A stretch of DNA of 64,000 bases from Escherichia coli (GTDB lineage Bacteria > Pseudomonadota > Gammaproteobacteria > Enterobacterales > Enterobacteriaceae). The notes beneath the pieces are model-generated. The model did not search any database, had not been told where the DNA came from, and was given only the letters and a program-made list of their open reading frames with translations. How positions within the stretch are numbered: position 1 is the stretch's first letter; every line of letters begins with the position of its first letter. Both the position numbers and the translations under genes were made by a program. The stretch lies in assembly GCF_050920415.1 (NCBI RefSeq), contig NZ_CP169309.1. One strand, 5' to 3'. This document shows positions 37,666 to 50,650 of this stretch, in pieces.

Positions 37666-38310
37666 GTGCGCCCTCTTATTTTATCGATTTTCGCACTATT
37701 TCTTGCGGGATGTACACACAGCCAGCAAAGTATGGTCGATACATTTCGCGCCAGCCTTTTCGATAATCAGGATATCACCGTAGCGGATCAGCAGATCCAG
37801 GCGTTGCCTTATTCCACGATGTATTTACGCCTTAATGAAGGGCAACGAATCTTTGTGGTACTGGGATATATAGAACAAGAACAAAGCAAATGGTTATCCC
37901 AGGATAACGCCATGCTGGTTACCCACAATGGACGTCTTTTAAAAACCGTCAAACTTAATAATAATCTGCTGGAAGTGACAAATTCCGGGCAGGACCCTCT
38001 GCGTAACGCGCTGGCAATAAAAGACGGCAGCCGCTGGACGCGCGATATTCTCTGGAGTGAAGACAATCATTTTCGCTCTGCGACCCTGAGTTCCACTTTT
38101 TCCTTTGCTGGATTAGAGACGCTGAATATTGCGGGTCGCGATGTGCTGTGTAATGTCTGGCAGGAAGAGGTGACTTCCACGCTGCCAGAAAAACAGTGGC
38201 AAAACACATTCTGGGTCGATTCGGCTACTGGCCAGGTTCGTCAAAGTCGGCAAATGTTAGGCGCAGGGGTTATTCCCGTAGAAATGACGTTTCTTAAACC
38301 CGCACCATGA
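37666..38310 (+). CDS. gfcB: GfcB lipoprotein
   Basis: 214-aa ORF with lipobox LFLAGC. Confidence 0.9.
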   Translation: MRPLILSIFALFLAGCTHSQQSMVDTFRASLFDNQDITVADQQIQALPYSTMYLRLNEGQRIFVVLGYIEQEQSKWLSQDNAMLVTHNGRLLKTVKLNNNLLEVTNSGQDPLRNALAIKDGSRWTRDILWSEDNHFRSATLSSTFSFAGLETLNIAGRDVLCNVWQEEVTSTLPEKQWQNTFWVDSATGQVRQSRQMLGAGVIPVEMTFLKPAP

Positions 38311-39053
38311 ATAAATTACAGTCGTATTTCATTGCCAGCGTACTTTACGTAATGACACCCCATGCCTTTGCGCAAGGAACGGTGACTATTTATCTGCCTG
38401 GCGAACAACAGCCCCTTTCCGTTGGCCCCGTGGAGAATGTTGTCCAGTTGGTGACACAACCGCAACTGCGCGATCGCCTCTGGTGGCCTGGAGTCTTGCT
38501 GACCGACTCCGCGGCGAAAGCTAAAGCGCTTAAAGACTACCAACATGTCATGGCACAGCTTGCTTCCTGGGAAGCAGAAGCTGACGACGATGTGGCGGCA
38601 ACGATTAAATCCGTGCGCCAGCAGTTACTCAATCTCAATATCACTGGTCGCTTACCGGTCAAACTGGACCCTGATTTTGTACGAGTGGATGAGAACAGCA
38701 ATCCCCCGCTGGTCGGGGACTATACGCTCTATACCGTACAGCGCCCAGTGACTATTACTCTGCTGGGTGCGGTTACTGGGGCTGGGCAATTGCCCTGGCA
38801 GGCAGGCCGTAGCGTTACCGATTATCTGCAAGATACCCCCCGTCTTGCAGGCGCGGACAAGAATAACGTTATGGTGATTACGCCTGAGGGTGAGACTGTC
38901 GTCGCCCCTGTTGCCCTGTGGAATAAAAGACATGTGGAACCACCGCCTGGCAGCCAGCTTTGGTTGGGCTTTTCTGCGCATGTACTGCCCGAAAAATATG
39001 CTGATTTAAATGACCAGATTGTGTCTGTTTTAACGCAACGTGTTCCTGACTGA
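38307..39053 (+). CDS. gfcC: GfcC, periplasmic capsule assembly protein
   Basis: 248-aa ORF with signal peptide, overlapping gfcB stop. Confidence 0.9.
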   Translation: MNKLQSYFIASVLYVMTPHAFAQGTVTIYLPGEQQPLSVGPVENVVQLVTQPQLRDRLWWPGVLLTDSAAKAKALKDYQHVMAQLASWEAEADDDVAATIKSVRQQLLNLNITGRLPVKLDPDFVRVDENSNPPLVGDYTLYTVQRPVTITLLGAVTGAGQLPWQAGRSVTDYLQDTPRLAGADKNNVMVITPEGETVVAPVALWNKRHVEPPPGSQLWLGFSAHVLPEKYADLNDQIVSVLTQRVPD

Positions 39054-41149
39054 TGAAGAAGAACTCTTATCTTTTAAGCTGCCTGGCCATTGCCGTCTCC
39101 AGTGCCTGTCATGCTGAAGTATTAACCTACCCGGATCCGCTGGGGTCGTCGCAATCAGACTTTGGCGGCACAGGATTGTTGCAGATGCCAAATGCGCGCA
39201 TCGCACCGGAAGGTGAATTCAGCGTCAACTACCGGGATAACGATCAATACCGTTTCTACTCCACGTCCGTGGCGCTGTTCCCATGGCTGGAAGGCACCAT
39301 TCGTTATACGGATGTGCGCACGCGCAAATATAGCCAGTGGGAAGATTTCAGCGGCGATCAGTCATACAAAGACAAATCTTTCGATTTTAAACTTCGCCTG
39401 TGGGAAGAAGGTTACTGGCTACCGCAAGTGGCGTTTGGTAAACGTGATATTGCTGGTACGGGTCTGTTTGACGGTGAATATTTGGTGGCCAGCAAGCAAG
39501 CGGGGCCATTTGATTTCACCCTCGGGATGGCGTGGGGCTACGCCGGTAATGCGGGCAATATTACCAACCCGTTTTGCCGGGTGAGCGATAAATATTGTCA
39601 TCGCGCAGAGTCTCACGATGCGGGAGATATCAGCTTTAGCGATATCTTTCGTGGCCCGGCTTCCATCTTTGGCGGCATTGAGTATCAAACGCCGTGGAAT
39701 CCCCTGCGTCTGAAACTCGAATACGATGGCAACAATTACCAGAATGATTTTGCGGGCAAATTGCCGCAGGCAAGCCATTTCAATTTCGGTGCTGTGTATC
39801 GTGCTGCCAGCTGGGCAGATCTTAACCTTAGCTACGAGCGCGGTAACACATTGATGTTTGGCTTCACGTTACGGACCAATTTCAACGATCTGCGCCCTGC
39901 CCTGCGCGATACGCCAAAACCGGCATATCAACCTGCGCCGGAATCTGAAGGATTGCAGTACACCACAGTAGCGAACCAACTTACCGCGCTGAAGTACAAC
40001 GCAGGTTTTGAAGCACCGGAAATTCAGCTGCGCGATAAGACGCTGTATATGTCTGGTCAACAATACAAATACCGTGATTCTCGCGAAGCGGTCGATCGTG
40101 CCAACCGGATTCTGGTGAATAACCTGCCGCAAGGCGTTGAGAAGATTAGCGTGACGCAAAAGCGCGAGCATATGGCGATGGTGACGACCGAAACCGACGT
40201 AGCCAGCCTGCGCAAACAGCTCGCCGGTACCGCGCCTGGTAAAGCAGAGCCACTGCAACAACAACGTGTTGAAGTAGAAGATCTTTCTGCCTTTGGTCGG
40301 GGCTACCGTATTCGTGAAGATCGCTTTAGCTATTCTTTCAACCCAACACTTTCGCAGTCGCTGGGCGGTCCGGAAGATTTTTATATGTTCCAGTTGGGGC
40401 TGATGTCCAGTGCCCGCTACTGGTTTACCGACCACCTGCTGCTTGATGGCGGTATTTTCACCAATATTTACAACAACTACGACAAGTTTAAGTCTTCGCT
40501 GTTACCCGCGGACTCTACCTTGCCCCGCGTGCGCACGCATATCCGTGATTACGTTCGCAATGACGTTTATCTCAACAACTTACAGGCGAACTATTTTGCC
40601 GACTTAGGCAACGGTTTCTATGGCCAGGTGTACGGCGGTTATCTGGAAACGATGTATGCCGGTGTTGGTTCCGAGCTGCTTTATCGCCCGCTCGATGCCA
40701 GCTGGGCGCTGGGGGTGGACGTTAACTACGTGAAGCAGCGTGACTGGGACAACATGATGCGCTTCACCGATTATTCCACGCCAACAGGTTTCGTGACGGC
40801 TTACTGGAACCCGCCGACGCTCAATGGCGTACTGATGAAACTCAGCGTTGGGCAATATCTGGCAAAAGATAAAGGGGCAACCATCGACGTCGCCAAACGC
40901 TTTGACAGCGGTGTGGCAGTAGGAGTATGGGCGGCAATCAGTAACGTATCTAAAGATGACTACGGCGAAGGCGGCTTTAGTAAAGGGTTTTATATCTCGA
41001 TTCCGTTTGACTTGATGACCATTGGACCTAACCGCAACCGCGCGGTGGTTTCGTGGACACCATTGACGCGTGATGGTGGACAAATGCTGTCACGCAAATA
41101 CCAGCTCTATCCAATGACGGCAGAGCGAGAAGTACCGGTTGGACAATAA
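39053..41149 (+). CDS. gfcD: GfcD, outer-membrane beta-barrel lipoprotein
   Basis: 698-aa ORF, start overlapping gfcC stop. Confidence 0.9.
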   Translation: MKKNSYLLSCLAIAVSSACHAEVLTYPDPLGSSQSDFGGTGLLQMPNARIAPEGEFSVNYRDNDQYRFYSTSVALFPWLEGTIRYTDVRTRKYSQWEDFSGDQSYKDKSFDFKLRLWEEGYWLPQVAFGKRDIAGTGLFDGEYLVASKQAGPFDFTLGMAWGYAGNAGNITNPFCRVSDKYCHRAESHDAGDISFSDIFRGPASIFGGIEYQTPWNPLRLKLEYDGNNYQNDFAGKLPQASHFNFGAVYRAASWADLNLSYERGNTLMFGFTLRTNFNDLRPALRDTPKPAYQPAPESEGLQYTTVANQLTALKYNAGFEAPEIQLRDKTLYMSGQQYKYRDSREAVDRANRILVNNLPQGVEKISVTQKREHMAMVTTETDVASLRKQLAGTAPGKAEPLQQQRVEVEDLSAFGRGYRIREDRFSYSFNPTLSQSLGGPEDFYMFQLGLMSSARYWFTDHLLLDGGIFTNIYNNYDKFKSSLLPADSTLPRVRTHIRDYVRNDVYLNNLQANYFADLGNGFYGQVYGGYLETMYAGVGSELLYRPLDASWALGVDVNYVKQRDWDNMMRFTDYSTPTGFVTAYWNPPTLNGVLMKLSVGQYLAKDKGATIDVAKRFDSGVAVGVWAAISNVSKDDYGEGGFSKGFYISIPFDLMTIGPNRNRAVVSWTPLTRDGGQMLSRKYQLYPMTAEREVPVGQ

Positions 41150-41194
41150 CCTGACGTAATTCATAACATTACAATGACTGATAAATATAAACCA

Positions 41195-42334
41195 ATGAAA
41201 AAGAACATTTTTAAGTTTTCGGTACTGACATTGGCTGTTCTGTCTTTGACAGCATGTACCCTTGTTCCTGGTCAGAATTTATCGACCAGTAACAAGGATG
41301 TCATTGAACTACCTGACAATCAGTATGACCTGAACAAAATGGTCAATATCTATCCCGTCACGCCAGGATTGATTGATCAGCTGCGCGCCAAACCGATTAT
41401 GTCGCAGGCTAACCCGGAGCTGGAGCAACAAATCGCGAACTATGAATATCGCATCGGCATTGGCGATGTGTTGATGGTGACGGTCTGGGATCACCCGGAA
41501 CTAACCACACCCGCAGGGCAATATCGTAGCGCCAGTGATACTGGCAACTGGGTTAACGCTGATGGTGCAATTTTCTACCCTTATATTGGTCGCCTGAAAG
41601 TGGCCGGGAAAACGCTTACCCAAGTACGCAACGAGATTACAGCGCGTCTGGACTCAGTCATTGAAAGCCCGCAAGTCGATGTCAGCGTCGCGGCGTTCCG
41701 ATCGCAAAAAGCGTACGTCACCGGCGAAGTCAGCAAATCGGGTCAGCAGCCGATTACCAATATTCCTCTGACCATCATGGATGCGATTAACGCCGCGGGC
41801 GGTCTGACCGCAGATGCAGACTGGCGCAACGTGGTGCTCACCCAGAATGGCGTAAAGACCAAAGTGAACCTCTATGCGCTGATGCAGCGTGGCGACTTGC
41901 GCCAGAACAAACTGCTGCACCCGGGCGATATTTTATTTATTCCGCGCAACGATGATCTGAAAGTCTTCGTGATGGGTGAAGTGGGTAAACAGAGCACGCT
42001 GAAAATGGACCGCAGCGGTATGACCCTGGCGGAAGCACTGGGTAACGCTGAGGGTATGAATCAAGATGTCGCTGATGCGACGGGGATTTTTGTTATTCGT
42101 GCAACGCAAAACAAGCAGAATGGCAAAATCGCCAATATTTATCAGCTGAATGCGAAGGACGCATCGGCAATGATACTCGGAACGGAATTCCAGCTTGAAC
42201 CTTACGACATTGTTTATGTCACTACCGCGCCGCTGGCTCGTTGGAACCGTGTGATTTCTCTGCTGGTACCGACGATTTCCGGGGTGCATGACCTGACAGA
42301 GACTTCACGGTGGATTCAAACATGGCCCAACTAA
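41195..42334 (+). CDS. gfcE: GfcE, Wza-like outer-membrane polysaccharide export protein
   Basis: 379-aa frame from [21 protein letters not shown] (lipobox). Confidence 0.9.
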   Translation: MKKNIFKFSVLTLAVLSLTACTLVPGQNLSTSNKDVIELPDNQYDLNKMVNIYPVTPGLIDQLRAKPIMSQANPELEQQIANYEYRIGIGDVLMVTVWDHPELTTPAGQYRSASDTGNWVNADGAIFYPYIGRLKVAGKTLTQVRNEITARLDSVIESPQVDVSVAAFRSQKAYVTGEVSKSGQQPITNIPLTIMDAINAAGGLTADADWRNVVLTQNGVKTKVNLYALMQRGDLRQNKLLHPGDILFIPRNDDLKVFVMGEVGKQSTLKMDRSGMTLAEALGNAEGMNQDVADATGIFVIRATQNKQNGKIANIYQLNAKDASAMILGTEFQLEPYDIVYVTTAPLARWNRVISLLVPTISGVHDLTETSRWIQTWPN

Positions 42335-42768
42335 AATTTAACTCAATCCTGGTGGTTTGTACCGGCAACATTTGCCGTTCGCCCATTGGCGAACGCTTGC
42401 TGCGTAAACGTCTGCCAGGCGTAAAAGTCAAATCGGCAGGTGTTCATGGTCTGGTAAAGCACCCTGCAGATGCAACAGCGGCAGATGTTGCCGCTAATCA
42501 TGGCGTATCTCTTGAAGGACATGCCGGACGTAAGCTTACTGCTGAGATGGCACGAAATTACGATCTGATTCTGGCAATGGAGTCGGAACATATTGCTCAG
42601 GTTACGGCAATCGCTCCCGAGGTCCGCGGGAAGACAATGCTGTTTGGGCAATGGCTGGAACAGAAAGAGATCCCTGATCCCTATCGTAAAAGCCAGGACG
42701 CATTTGAACATGTTTACGGCATGTTGGAGCGCGCCAGTCAGGAATGGGCGAAGCGCCTTAGCCGGTAA
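42322..42768 (+). CDS. etp: Etp, low-molecular-weight protein tyrosine phosphatase
   Basis: 148-aa frame from [21 protein letters not shown] (CX5R P-loop). Confidence 0.92.
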   Translation: MAQLKFNSILVVCTGNICRSPIGERLLRKRLPGVKVKSAGVHGLVKHPADATAADVAANHGVSLEGHAGRKLTAEMARNYDLILAMESEHIAQVTAIAPEVRGKTMLFGQWLEQKEIPDPYRKSQDAFEHVYGMLERASQEWAKRLSR

Positions 42769-42787
42769 TTTGAGTTTATAAAATACG

Positions 42788-44968
42788 ATGACAACTAAAA
42801 ATATGAATACGCCACCAGGCAGCACTCAGGAGAATGAGATCGATCTGCTTCGTCTGGTCGGCGAGTTATGGGATCACCGTAAGTTTATTATCAGCGTGAC
42901 TGCGTTATTCACGCTGATCGCTGTCGCTTACTCGCTGTTAAGCACGCCAATTTATCAGGCAGATACTCTGGTCCAGGTTGAGCAGAAACAGGGCAACGCC
43001 ATTCTCAGCGGCCTGAGCGATATGATCCCTAACTCATCGCCCGAGTCAGCACCGGAGATCCAACTGCTGCAATCGCGCATGATTCTCGGTAAAACCATTG
43101 CTGAACTGAATCTGCGCGACATAGTTGAGCAAAAGTATTTTCCGATTGTGGGTCGCGGCTGGGCGAGATTAACCAAAGAGAAACCAGGTGAGCTGGCGAT
43201 CAGTTGGATGCACATTCCACAACTGAATGGCCAGGATCAACAACTGACACTCACAGTTGGGGAAAACGGCCACTATACGCTGGAAGGTGAAGGGTTCACC
43301 GTCAATGGTATGGTCGGCCAGCGTCTGGAAAAAGACGGCGTTGCTCTGACTATCGCGGACATTAAGGCCAAACCAGGAACGCAGTTTGTCCTGAGCCAGC
43401 GTACCGAACTGGAAGCGATTAACGCGTTGCAGGAAACCTTTACCGTTAGCGAACGCAGTAAAGAAAGCGGGATGCTGGAACTTACCATGACCGGTGATGA
43501 TCCCCAGTTGATTACTCGTATTCTGAACAGCATCGCTAACAACTATTTGCAACAGAATATCGCTCGCCAGGCGGCGCAGGATTCACAAAGCCTTGAATTC
43601 TTACAGCGCCAGTTGCCAGAAGTGCGCAGCGAGCTGGACCAGGCGGAAGAAAAACTCAACGTTTATCGCCAGCAGCGCGATTCGGTTGACCTTAACCTGG
43701 AAGCCAAAGCCGTTCTTGAGCAGATTGTTAACGTTGATAATCAACTCAATGAGCTGACCTTCCGCGAGGCCGAGATCTCCCAGCTGTATAAGAAAGATCA
43801 CCCAACTTATCGTGCGCTGCTGGAAAAACGCCAGACGCTGGAGCAAGAACGCAAACGCCTGAATAAGCGGGTATCGGCAATGCCTTCCACTCAACAGGAA
43901 GTATTGCGTTTAAGCCGTGACGTAGAAGCGGGCCGTGCGGTATATCTGCAATTACTTAACCGCCAGCAGGAGTTGAGTATTTCGAAATCCAGTGCGATTG
44001 GTAACGTGCGGATTATCGACCCGGCAGTCACTCAGCCGCAGCCAGTAAAACCGAAAAAAGCGTTGAATGTGGTGCTTGGTTTTATTCTTGGCCTGTTTAT
44101 TTCGGTGGGTGCCGTGCTGGCGCGTGCGATGTTGCGTCGTGGTGTAGAAGCACCGGAACAACTGGAAGAGCACGGCATCAGCGTTTATGCCACTATCCCG
44201 ATGTCCGAGTGGCTGGATAAGCGTACCCGTCTGCGTAAGAAAAATTTATTTTCTAATCAGCAGCGCCATCGTACTAAAAATATCCCCTTCCTGGCGGTGG
44301 ATAACCCGGCGGATTCTGCTGTGGAAGCCGTACGTGCGCTACGAACCAGTCTGCACTTCGCTATGATGGAGACAGAGAATAACATTCTGATGATCACCGG
44401 TGCGACGCCAGACAGTGGTAAAACGTTCGTCAGTTCAACTCTGGCGGCGGTGATCGCCCAGTCCGATCAAAAAGTGTTATTTATTGATGCTGACTTACGT
44501 CGTGGTTATTCGCATAACCTGTTTACCGTGAGTAATGAACATGGCTTGTCGGAATATCTGGCAGGGAAAGATGAGCTCAACAAAGTGATCCAGCATTTTG
44601 GCAAAGGAGGCTTTGATGTGATTACTCGCGGTCAGGTGCCACCTAACCCGTCTGAACTGCTGATGCGCGATCGGATGCGTCAATTACTGGAATGGGCGAA
44701 CGACCATTACGATCTGGTGATTGTCGATACGCCGCCGATGCTGGCGGTGAGCGATGCTGCGGTCGTGGGGCGCTCTGTCGGCACCAGCCTGCTGGTTGCG
44801 CGTTTTGGCTTGAACACCGCCAAAGAGGTGAGCTTGTCAATGCAGCGTCTGGAACAGGCTGGCGTTAATATTAAAGGCGCAATCCTCAATGGTGTGATTA
44901 AACGCGCCAGCACCGCTTACAGTTATGGCTATAACTATTACGGTTATAGTTACTCCGAGAAAGAGTAA
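42788..44968 (+). CDS. etk: Etk, Wzc-like BY-kinase (tyrosine autokinase)
   Basis: 726-aa ORF; Walker A GATPDSGKT; C-terminal Tyr cluster YSYGYNYYGYSY. Confidence 0.93.
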   Translation: MTTKNMNTPPGSTQENEIDLLRLVGELWDHRKFIISVTALFTLIAVAYSLLSTPIYQADTLVQVEQKQGNAILSGLSDMIPNSSPESAPEIQLLQSRMILGKTIAELNLRDIVEQKYFPIVGRGWARLTKEKPGELAISWMHIPQLNGQDQQLTLTVGENGHYTLEGEGFTVNGMVGQRLEKDGVALTIADIKAKPGTQFVLSQRTELEAINALQETFTVSERSKESGMLELTMTGDDPQLITRILNSIANNYLQQNIARQAAQDSQSLEFLQRQLPEVRSELDQAEEKLNVYRQQRDSVDLNLEAKAVLEQIVNVDNQLNELTFREAEISQLYKKDHPTYRALLEKRQTLEQERKRLNKRVSAMPSTQQEVLRLSRDVEAGRAVYLQLLNRQQELSISKSSAIGNVRIIDPAVTQPQPVKPKKALNVVLGFILGLFISVGAVLARAMLRRGVEAPEQLEEHGISVYATIPMSEWLDKRTRLRKKNLFSNQQRHRTKNIPFLAVDNPADSAVEAVRALRTSLHFAMMETENNILMITGATPDSGKTFVSSTLAAVIAQSDQKVLFIDADLRRGYSHNLFTVSNEHGLSEYLAGKDELNKVIQHFGKGGFDVITRGQVPPNPSELLMRDRMRQLLEWANDHYDLVIVDTPPMLAVSDAAVVGRSVGTSLLVARFGLNTAKEVSLSMQRLEQAGVNIKGAILNGVIKRASTAYSYGYNYYGYSYSEKE

Positions 44969-44984
44969 AACTGAAGGTAAGGTG

Positions 44985-45018
44985 GCCGGATGCGGCGTGA
45001 ACGCCTTTTCCGGCCTAC
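44985..45018. repeat. REP element after etk
   Basis: gccggatgcggcgtgaacgccttttccggcctac. Confidence 0.8.
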
Positions 45019-45051
45019 GCATCAGACAGTTCTTCGTTTGTCATCAGCTTC

Positions 45052-45084
45052 AGAGCATTCAGGTAACTGAATGCTCTTTTTTTA
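45052..45084 (+). terminator. rho-independent terminator between etk and appA
   Basis: agagcattcag-gtaa-ctgaatgctct followed by ttttttt. Confidence 0.65.
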
Positions 45085-45088
45085 TGCA

Positions 45089-46387
45089 TTACAAACTGCA
45101 CGCCGGTATGCGTGCTTCATTCACGATTTGCGTAAAACCGGCCAACGAACACATACCCTGCGCGTTTCGCTCTTCACATCCTGCCAGAGTCAGCTTCACC
45201 TCTCCGGGCGGCGACTTTAATGATAGCGGCGTTTTATCACGCATCTGCTGTAAAGTCTGGAATACCACCGAAACCTGAATCCACTGGCTGTTATCGCTTA
45301 GCCGACGCCAGCGTTCAAACACCAGTTCACCACCTGGCGGCGTGTTATCCGGCTGACCTGGAAGCGTCCAGTTGAGCTCCAGTGCGCCGCCGAGATTTGC
45401 CAGATTAGTATCGTGTCCGGCGATAAACAGCACTGAAGTGGGTAATGTCACACCATACACCTGTTTTTGCGGTGGATGGGGCATCAACGCTGTCATGATC
45501 AAATCCAACAACGGGGTGGCACGACTGCGGGCAACCTCTGGCGTGCGTTGTAGCAAATAAAACTGCGCGTTATGCAGGCTTAGCAAGGTGTTCCACTGGT
45601 GTGAATCGGTGATCCTTCCCCACCCCGGCTCCGGCATTCCCTGTGCTTGTTGCAGGAGAAATATCTCCGTCAGCATTGACGCCAGGCTTACCGCACCGGT
45701 TAATGAGACATTGTCGGCGCTCACCTTGAGTTCCGATGGTAATACCTGCGTTAATGAACAGCTTTCGTCCTGTTTCTCACGGTTAAGGCACAAGTTTGAT
45801 TGTGGGAAATTAAGCACCTGTTCCAGTTCGCGAAACGCCGTTTGCCGATGCCCGGTAAAGTCAGCAATTGACCCTCCTGCCCTGCTGAGGATCGCGTCAG
45901 TCACGTTCGCGTTATCCAGTTGGCAAATGCCAGTTTTTAGAGGATTAAATAACGGATCGGGACTGGACGTATCTGCCTGGGTATGTACGGTTATTGCACA
46001 GTCAGGTGCCAGCCCGGCAGCGAAGGCTTCGCCTGTTTTACGGGTACGCTCGTCGACATCAGCAATAATCGCGACCTGACCAGGCTGCGGGCAGCCCTTT
46101 TTCGCCAGCAATCCGTCAGCCACCAGACGCTGGCGTTGGTAATGTCCGAGATAAGCGATTAGCTCACCACCGCGCGGTGTCAGCCACCCCAGTTTTACCG
46201 GCCATGTTGGCCATGCGTCTGGGGTGACATCCTGCATCAGTTGCGTGGCCTTGGTTGGGGCACGCACACCATGACGACTGACAATCACCACACTTTCCAG
46301 CTTCAGCTCCGGCTCACTCTGAGCGAATGCAGATTGCGGGGTGAACGGAATCAGAAGAGATAAGAATGGGATCAAGATCGCTTTCAT
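45089..46387 (-). CDS. appA: AppA, periplasmic acid phosphatase/phytase
   Basis: 432-aa frame from MKAILIPFLSLLIP; RHGVRAP motif. Confidence 0.95.
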   Translation of the reverse strand: MKAILIPFLSLLIPFTPQSAFAQSEPELKLESVVIVSRHGVRAPTKATQLMQDVTPDAWPTWPVKLGWLTPRGGELIAYLGHYQRQRLVADGLLAKKGCPQPGQVAIIADVDERTRKTGEAFAAGLAPDCAITVHTQADTSSPDPLFNPLKTGICQLDNANVTDAILSRAGGSIADFTGHRQTAFRELEQVLNFPQSNLCLNREKQDESCSLTQVLPSELKVSADNVSLTGAVSLASMLTEIFLLQQAQGMPEPGWGRITDSHQWNTLLSLHNAQFYLLQRTPEVARSRATPLLDLIMTALMPHPPQKQVYGVTLPTSVLFIAGHDTNLANLGGALELNWTLPGQPDNTPPGGELVFERWRRLSDNSQWIQVSVVFQTLQQMRDKTPLSLKSPPGEVKLTLAGCEERNAQGMCSLAGFTQIVNEARIPACSL

Positions 46388-46466
46388 CGATATGTTTCCG
46401 CTTTTCATATCCGACATTATTGATTGCCTGATGCGACGCTAATGCGCCTCATCAGGCTTACGTTCG

Positions 46467-46559
46467 TTAACTTTTCAGACGCGGGTCCAGCCATACCAAC
46501 ACAAGGGTGGAGAGCGAACACATCAACAAAATGCCGACGAACCAAAGTAAATACCACAT
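46467..46559 (-). CDS. appX: AppX (CydX-like) small subunit of cytochrome bd-II
   Basis: hand translation gives MWYLLWFVGILLMCSLSTLVLVWLDPRLKS (30 aa) between appB and appA; not in the ORF track. Confidence 0.7.
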   Translation of the reverse strand: MWYLLWFVGILLMCSLSTLVLVWLDPRLKS

Positions 46560-46571
46560 TGTTCCTGCTCC

Positions 46572-47708
46572 TTAGTACAGCTCGTTTTCGTTACGGCGGA
46601 GAGTTTCTGTCGTCATGCGCCCCCACATTTTGTAGTAGCTCCAGAGAGTGTAGAGCAACACAATGGGCAAAAATATCAGCACGATTACCAACATAATGCT
46701 CAGCGTCAACTGGCTGGAAGTGCTGTCCCACAACGTCAGGCTGGAGATCGGACTTACGCTCGAAGGCATGACAAAAGGGAACAGCGTGATGCCTGCCGTG
46801 AAAATTACGCCAAATTGCATCAATGACGCCATCAAAAATCCCCATCCCGGGCGACCACGATAAATCGCCATCACCGTCAGCAATGGACAGAAGAACCCCA
46901 GCAGCGGGAAGATCCACAAAACAGGCGATTCGACGAAATTATTCATCCAGGCACCAGGTAGCACTGCCACCAGTTTCATTAACGGGTTGGAAGGACCGTT
47001 CACATCCTGGGCGAGCAGTACAAAGCCATCAATACCGACCCACAGCCAGTAACCCGCCAGTAAAAAGCACAGCATCACCAGTAGAGCAGCACGTTTGGTC
47101 GCCAACTGAGAACGCAGATGAATAACACCAACGGTTTTCAACTGTAACCAAACGCCACCTTGCAAAATCACCATCCCAAGGCTGAGCAAGCCGCACAATA
47201 AAGGGAATGGCGTCAACAGTTGCCAAAAGCTGCCGAGATACTCCACGCGTAATTGTGGTGTGAAGGCAAACGGCACGCCGAGTAACAAGTTGCCGAATAC
47301 GATACCAAAGACGACCGGCGGCACCAGACTGCCGATGACCAGGCCGGCATCCCACATTTTACGCCAGCGTGCATTGGCGATTTTTCCTCGATAATCAAAG
47401 GCCAGCGGGCGGAAGAACAGCGAGCACAGCACCAGGATCATCGCCACATAAAAACCGGAAAACGCTGCTGCATACACTCTGGGCCAGGCGGCAAATAATG
47501 CCCCACCTGCGAGGATTAACCAGACCTGATTGCCTTCCCAGTGCGCGCCAACGCTGTTTATCACTATCCGGCGTTCATCATCATTACGCGCCACCAGCGG
47601 CAGCAGACAGCCGATCCCCATGTCAAATCCATCGGAGATCATAAAGACCACCAGGATCACGCCAATCAGCAGCCACCAGATGAAGCGCAATGTTTCATAA
47701 TCAAACAT
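46572..47708 (-). CDS. appB: AppB, cytochrome bd-II oxidase subunit II
   Basis: 378-aa polytopic ORF; matches recalled AppB. Confidence 0.95.
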   Translation of the reverse strand: MFDYETLRFIWWLLIGVILVVFMISDGFDMGIGCLLPLVARNDDERRIVINSVGAHWEGNQVWLILAGGALFAAWPRVYAAAFSGFYVAMILVLCSLFFRPLAFDYRGKIANARWRKMWDAGLVIGSLVPPVVFGIVFGNLLLGVPFAFTPQLRVEYLGSFWQLLTPFPLLCGLLSLGMVILQGGVWLQLKTVGVIHLRSQLATKRAALLVMLCFLLAGYWLWVGIDGFVLLAQDVNGPSNPLMKLVAVLPGAWMNNFVESPVLWIFPLLGFFCPLLTVMAIYRGRPGWGFLMASLMQFGVIFTAGITLFPFVMPSSVSPISSLTLWDSTSSQLTLSIMLVIVLIFLPIVLLYTLWSYYKMWGRMTTETLRRNENELY

Positions 47709-47719
47709 GATTTTCTCCT

Positions 47720-49264
47720 TTACCCCTGTTGCTGCGTCGGTTGTTCACTCTGCATCGCGCTCGGCCCCAGACGGGCATATTTCTGCATCAGGTAGACTTC
47801 GGCGATTAAGAACAGGGTGTAAAGCCCTACGATCATGATCAGTGAGAAAGCCAGTTGTCCTGTGGTTAAAGCGGAGTGCGCGGAGTATGTCGGTAAGATG
47901 TCCTGTATCGCCCACGGCTGACGACCAAACTCGGTCATAAACCACCCGGCTTCAATCGCAATCCACGGCAGCGGCAAACTCCAGAGCGCCATTTTCAGTA
48001 CCCAGCGATGCTGGTCGATTTTGCCACGCAGCGTCTGGACAAGCGCAATCAGCATCACCAGTAGCAGCAGAGAACCACAGCCCACCATGATGCGGAAACT
48101 CCAGAATACCGGCGCAACCTGAGGTATCGCGCCACGCATCGCCGCCTGGTACTGTGCAGCTGTGACATGGTTCATATCCGGCGCATAGCGGGAGAGCAAC
48201 ATGCCGTAACCAAGGTCGCCTTCCAGCTCCCGGAATGCCTGCAACACATGCGGCTCACGATTGCCTTGCGATATTTCCTGCATTAACAGCCAGGCCATAC
48301 GTCCGCGTTGCAAGCGTGGGTAGGTTTCAGCCATCAAATTCTTCAGACCCGGCACGGGTTTATCTAATGAGTGAGTGGCGAGGATCCCTAGCAGCGCAGG
48401 AATTTTGATGGCAAAGGCGTTACGCTCTTGATCCTGTTCCGGCCAGGCAACTACATGGAACGGTGCAGGTGCAGGTTCCGTTTGCCACTCCCCTTCCATT
48501 GCCGCCAGTTTTACCGGTTGTACTTGCGCGACTTCATACGCAGAACTGTCTCCGAGTTGCAGCGTACCGATAATCGCCAGAGTACCGAAGACGGAACCGA
48601 TGGCAAACGAGCGTAATGCAACATCGCGCTCCCGTCCGCGCAGTAAATACCAGGCGCTGATCGCCATAATAAACATGGCCCCGGTCACGTAGCCCGCCAT
48701 TACGGTGTGCACAAATTTCACCTGGCTGACCGGGTTAAAGACCAGCTCGCTGAAGCTGGTCATTTCCATACGAAGGGTGTCGATATCAAAATGCGCACCG
48801 GTCGGGTATTGCATCCAACCGTTGGCATTCAATATCCACAACGCAGAGAGATTTGAACCGAACGCCACCAGCCACGTCACCAGCAGGTGCTGGTATTTAT
48901 TCAGCCGTTGCCAGCCGAAGAAGAATAGCCCGACAAAGGTGGATTCGAGGAAGAAGGCCATTAACGCTTCCATTGCCAGCGGTGCACCAAAAATATCGCC
49001 CACATAGTTGGAATAGAATGACCAGTTAGTACCAAACTGAAACTCCATCGTCAGGCCGGTAGCCACGCCAAGAGCAAAGTTGATACCGAAGAGCTTACCC
49101 CAGAAGCGCGTCATATCGCGGTAGATTGTTTTGCCGGTGACCACGTAAATGGTTTCCATGATAGCCAGCAAAAAAATCAGCCCCAGGGTAAGGGGTACAA
49201 ATAAAAAGTGATACAGCGCGGTCAGAGCAAACTGCCAGCGCGATAAATCAATGACATCCCACAT
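47720..49264 (-). CDS. appC: AppC, cytochrome bd-II oxidase subunit I
   Basis: 514-aa frame from [15 protein letters not shown]. Confidence 0.95.
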   Translation of the reverse strand: MWDVIDLSRWQFALTALYHFLFVPLTLGLIFLLAIMETIYVVTGKTIYRDMTRFWGKLFGINFALGVATGLTMEFQFGTNWSFYSNYVGDIFGAPLAMEALMAFFLESTFVGLFFFGWQRLNKYQHLLVTWLVAFGSNLSALWILNANGWMQYPTGAHFDIDTLRMEMTSFSELVFNPVSQVKFVHTVMAGYVTGAMFIMAISAWYLLRGRERDVALRSFAIGSVFGTLAIIGTLQLGDSSAYEVAQVQPVKLAAMEGEWQTEPAPAPFHVVAWPEQDQERNAFAIKIPALLGILATHSLDKPVPGLKNLMAETYPRLQRGRMAWLLMQEISQGNREPHVLQAFRELEGDLGYGMLLSRYAPDMNHVTAAQYQAAMRGAIPQVAPVFWSFRIMVGCGSLLLLVMLIALVQTLRGKIDQHRWVLKMALWSLPLPWIAIEAGWFMTEFGRQPWAIQDILPTYSAHSALTTGQLAFSLIMIVGLYTLFLIAEVYLMQKYARLGPSAMQSEQPTQQQG

Positions 49265-49397
49265 GCGCACTCCTGTAGGCGAAGAGAGAAAAATAACCCG
49301 TTAATGGTAGATCTCCCTCTTTATCCTGAAACTCTACGACCAGAGGTATTCGCCGATTGCGATATTCATAAGCCTGAAAGCGATACTTACCGTCTTT

Positions 49398-50255
49398 TTA
49401 CGTCGATGCACCTTCCGCCAGCCACTGACATACCTCACTAAGCCGCTGCGCAGAGTCGACCAAATCTTCTGGCGCTGCCAGCACCACTTCAGGTATTGGG
49501 CAGATTTCGTAACTCTCAAGTAACGGGCCTTTTAAGGTGTCCGTACAGCGTAAATGCCAGACATGCCGCAGGCCGGTCGCGTTGATATAGCTCTCGCCGT
49601 AGCCAATGGTGCGAATCTGAATATTTCCCGGCCCACAGAGACGTGAGAGAAAAAGCCGATCAGCCTCGCTGATAGGTAATTGCGTCAGATTAATGCTGTG
49701 CGGCTGCGCGTCAGGATTACGTACATGTGCTAGTAATTCATGCGCCAACGGTAGGCCATTCATCAGGCCATCAATGGGCGGCGGTAACAGCGAATCTGTC
49801 GGCAAGACGTTTTGCGTTGCCGCCTGCCACAATGCCAGCGGCGCGCAGCCAGCCTCCAGTTTGTCCTCCAGCAACTGTTCGCCGCAACGTCTGCGCACCC
49901 GCCATAATCCGCAGAAGATCGCCTCCTGTATTTCACTTTCACTGTCGTCAGCCTGCTGAATGCGCACTGACACTTCCCCTTCCCCGAGAAGCGTATTGAT
50001 AAAGTGACGATCGTCGGCGTTGAGATTTAACAGATCGACTGCCAGCACCTCGCCCAGCGGCGGCTGGCGCTCGCTTAGCTGATGTTGTAACTCGTTTAAT
50101 AGCGCAATCACCTGCGGGCTGTGAGCACATTGCTCCAGGGCCGCCATACTCGGTTCATCATTCACCTGACAGGTGATCGGCAGTGGATTCATGCTGAAAC
50201 TGTCATCGTTCGGTTGGGTTCCTGGCCCCAGCAGATGGAAAAAAGTTTCGCTCAT
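49398..50255 (-). CDS. hyaF: HyaF, hydrogenase 1 maturation protein
   Basis: 285-aa frame from [12 protein letters not shown]; overlaps hyaE by 4 bp. Confidence 0.92.
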   Translation of the reverse strand: MSETFFHLLGPGTQPNDDSFSMNPLPITCQVNDEPSMAALEQCAHSPQVIALLNELQHQLSERQPPLGEVLAVDLLNLNADDRHFINTLLGEGEVSVRIQQADDSESEIQEAIFCGLWRVRRRCGEQLLEDKLEAGCAPLALWQAATQNVLPTDSLLPPPIDGLMNGLPLAHELLAHVRNPDAQPHSINLTQLPISEADRLFLSRLCGPGNIQIRTIGYGESYINATGLRHVWHLRCTDTLKGPLLESYEICPIPEVVLAAPEDLVDSAQRLSEVCQWLAEGAST

Positions 50256-50650
50256 GAGGCACGCTCCTGTTGCGGTTCGACAAGCCCGCGCATCAGGTTT
50301 ATCAGTTCCGCCCACGGGTGAATACCATTCAGCACGCCGCGATAGCTACCACCGGTAAACACCAGTGTGGCGGGAAAACGAAATACGCCAAAACGATCAC
50401 CGATGGCTTCGCTTTGCTCAAGGTCGGCAATCGCTACCTGCCATGTATAATCAGGAAACTCGCGCAGTAATTCGCCAATCATTACCGGATTATCGCTGAC
50501 CTCTGGCGTGCGTTTCGGGTCACTGCTTAATAACACCACACCGTCTGGCGCTTGCGTAAGCCAGTCGTCAAGACGGGATTCACTGATCGGCGTCCAGCCG
50601 CGCGCCAGCATACGTTGCCACAACGCATCAAATGGCGTGTCGTTGCTCAT
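50252..50650 (-). CDS. hyaE: HyaE, hydrogenase 1 chaperone
   Basis: 132-aa ORF. Confidence 0.92.
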   Translation of the reverse strand: MSNDTPFDALWQRMLARGWTPISESRLDDWLTQAPDGVVLLSSDPKRTPEVSDNPVMIGELLREFPDYTWQVAIADLEQSEAIGDRFGVFRFPATLVFTGGSYRGVLNGIHPWAELINLMRGLVEPQQERAS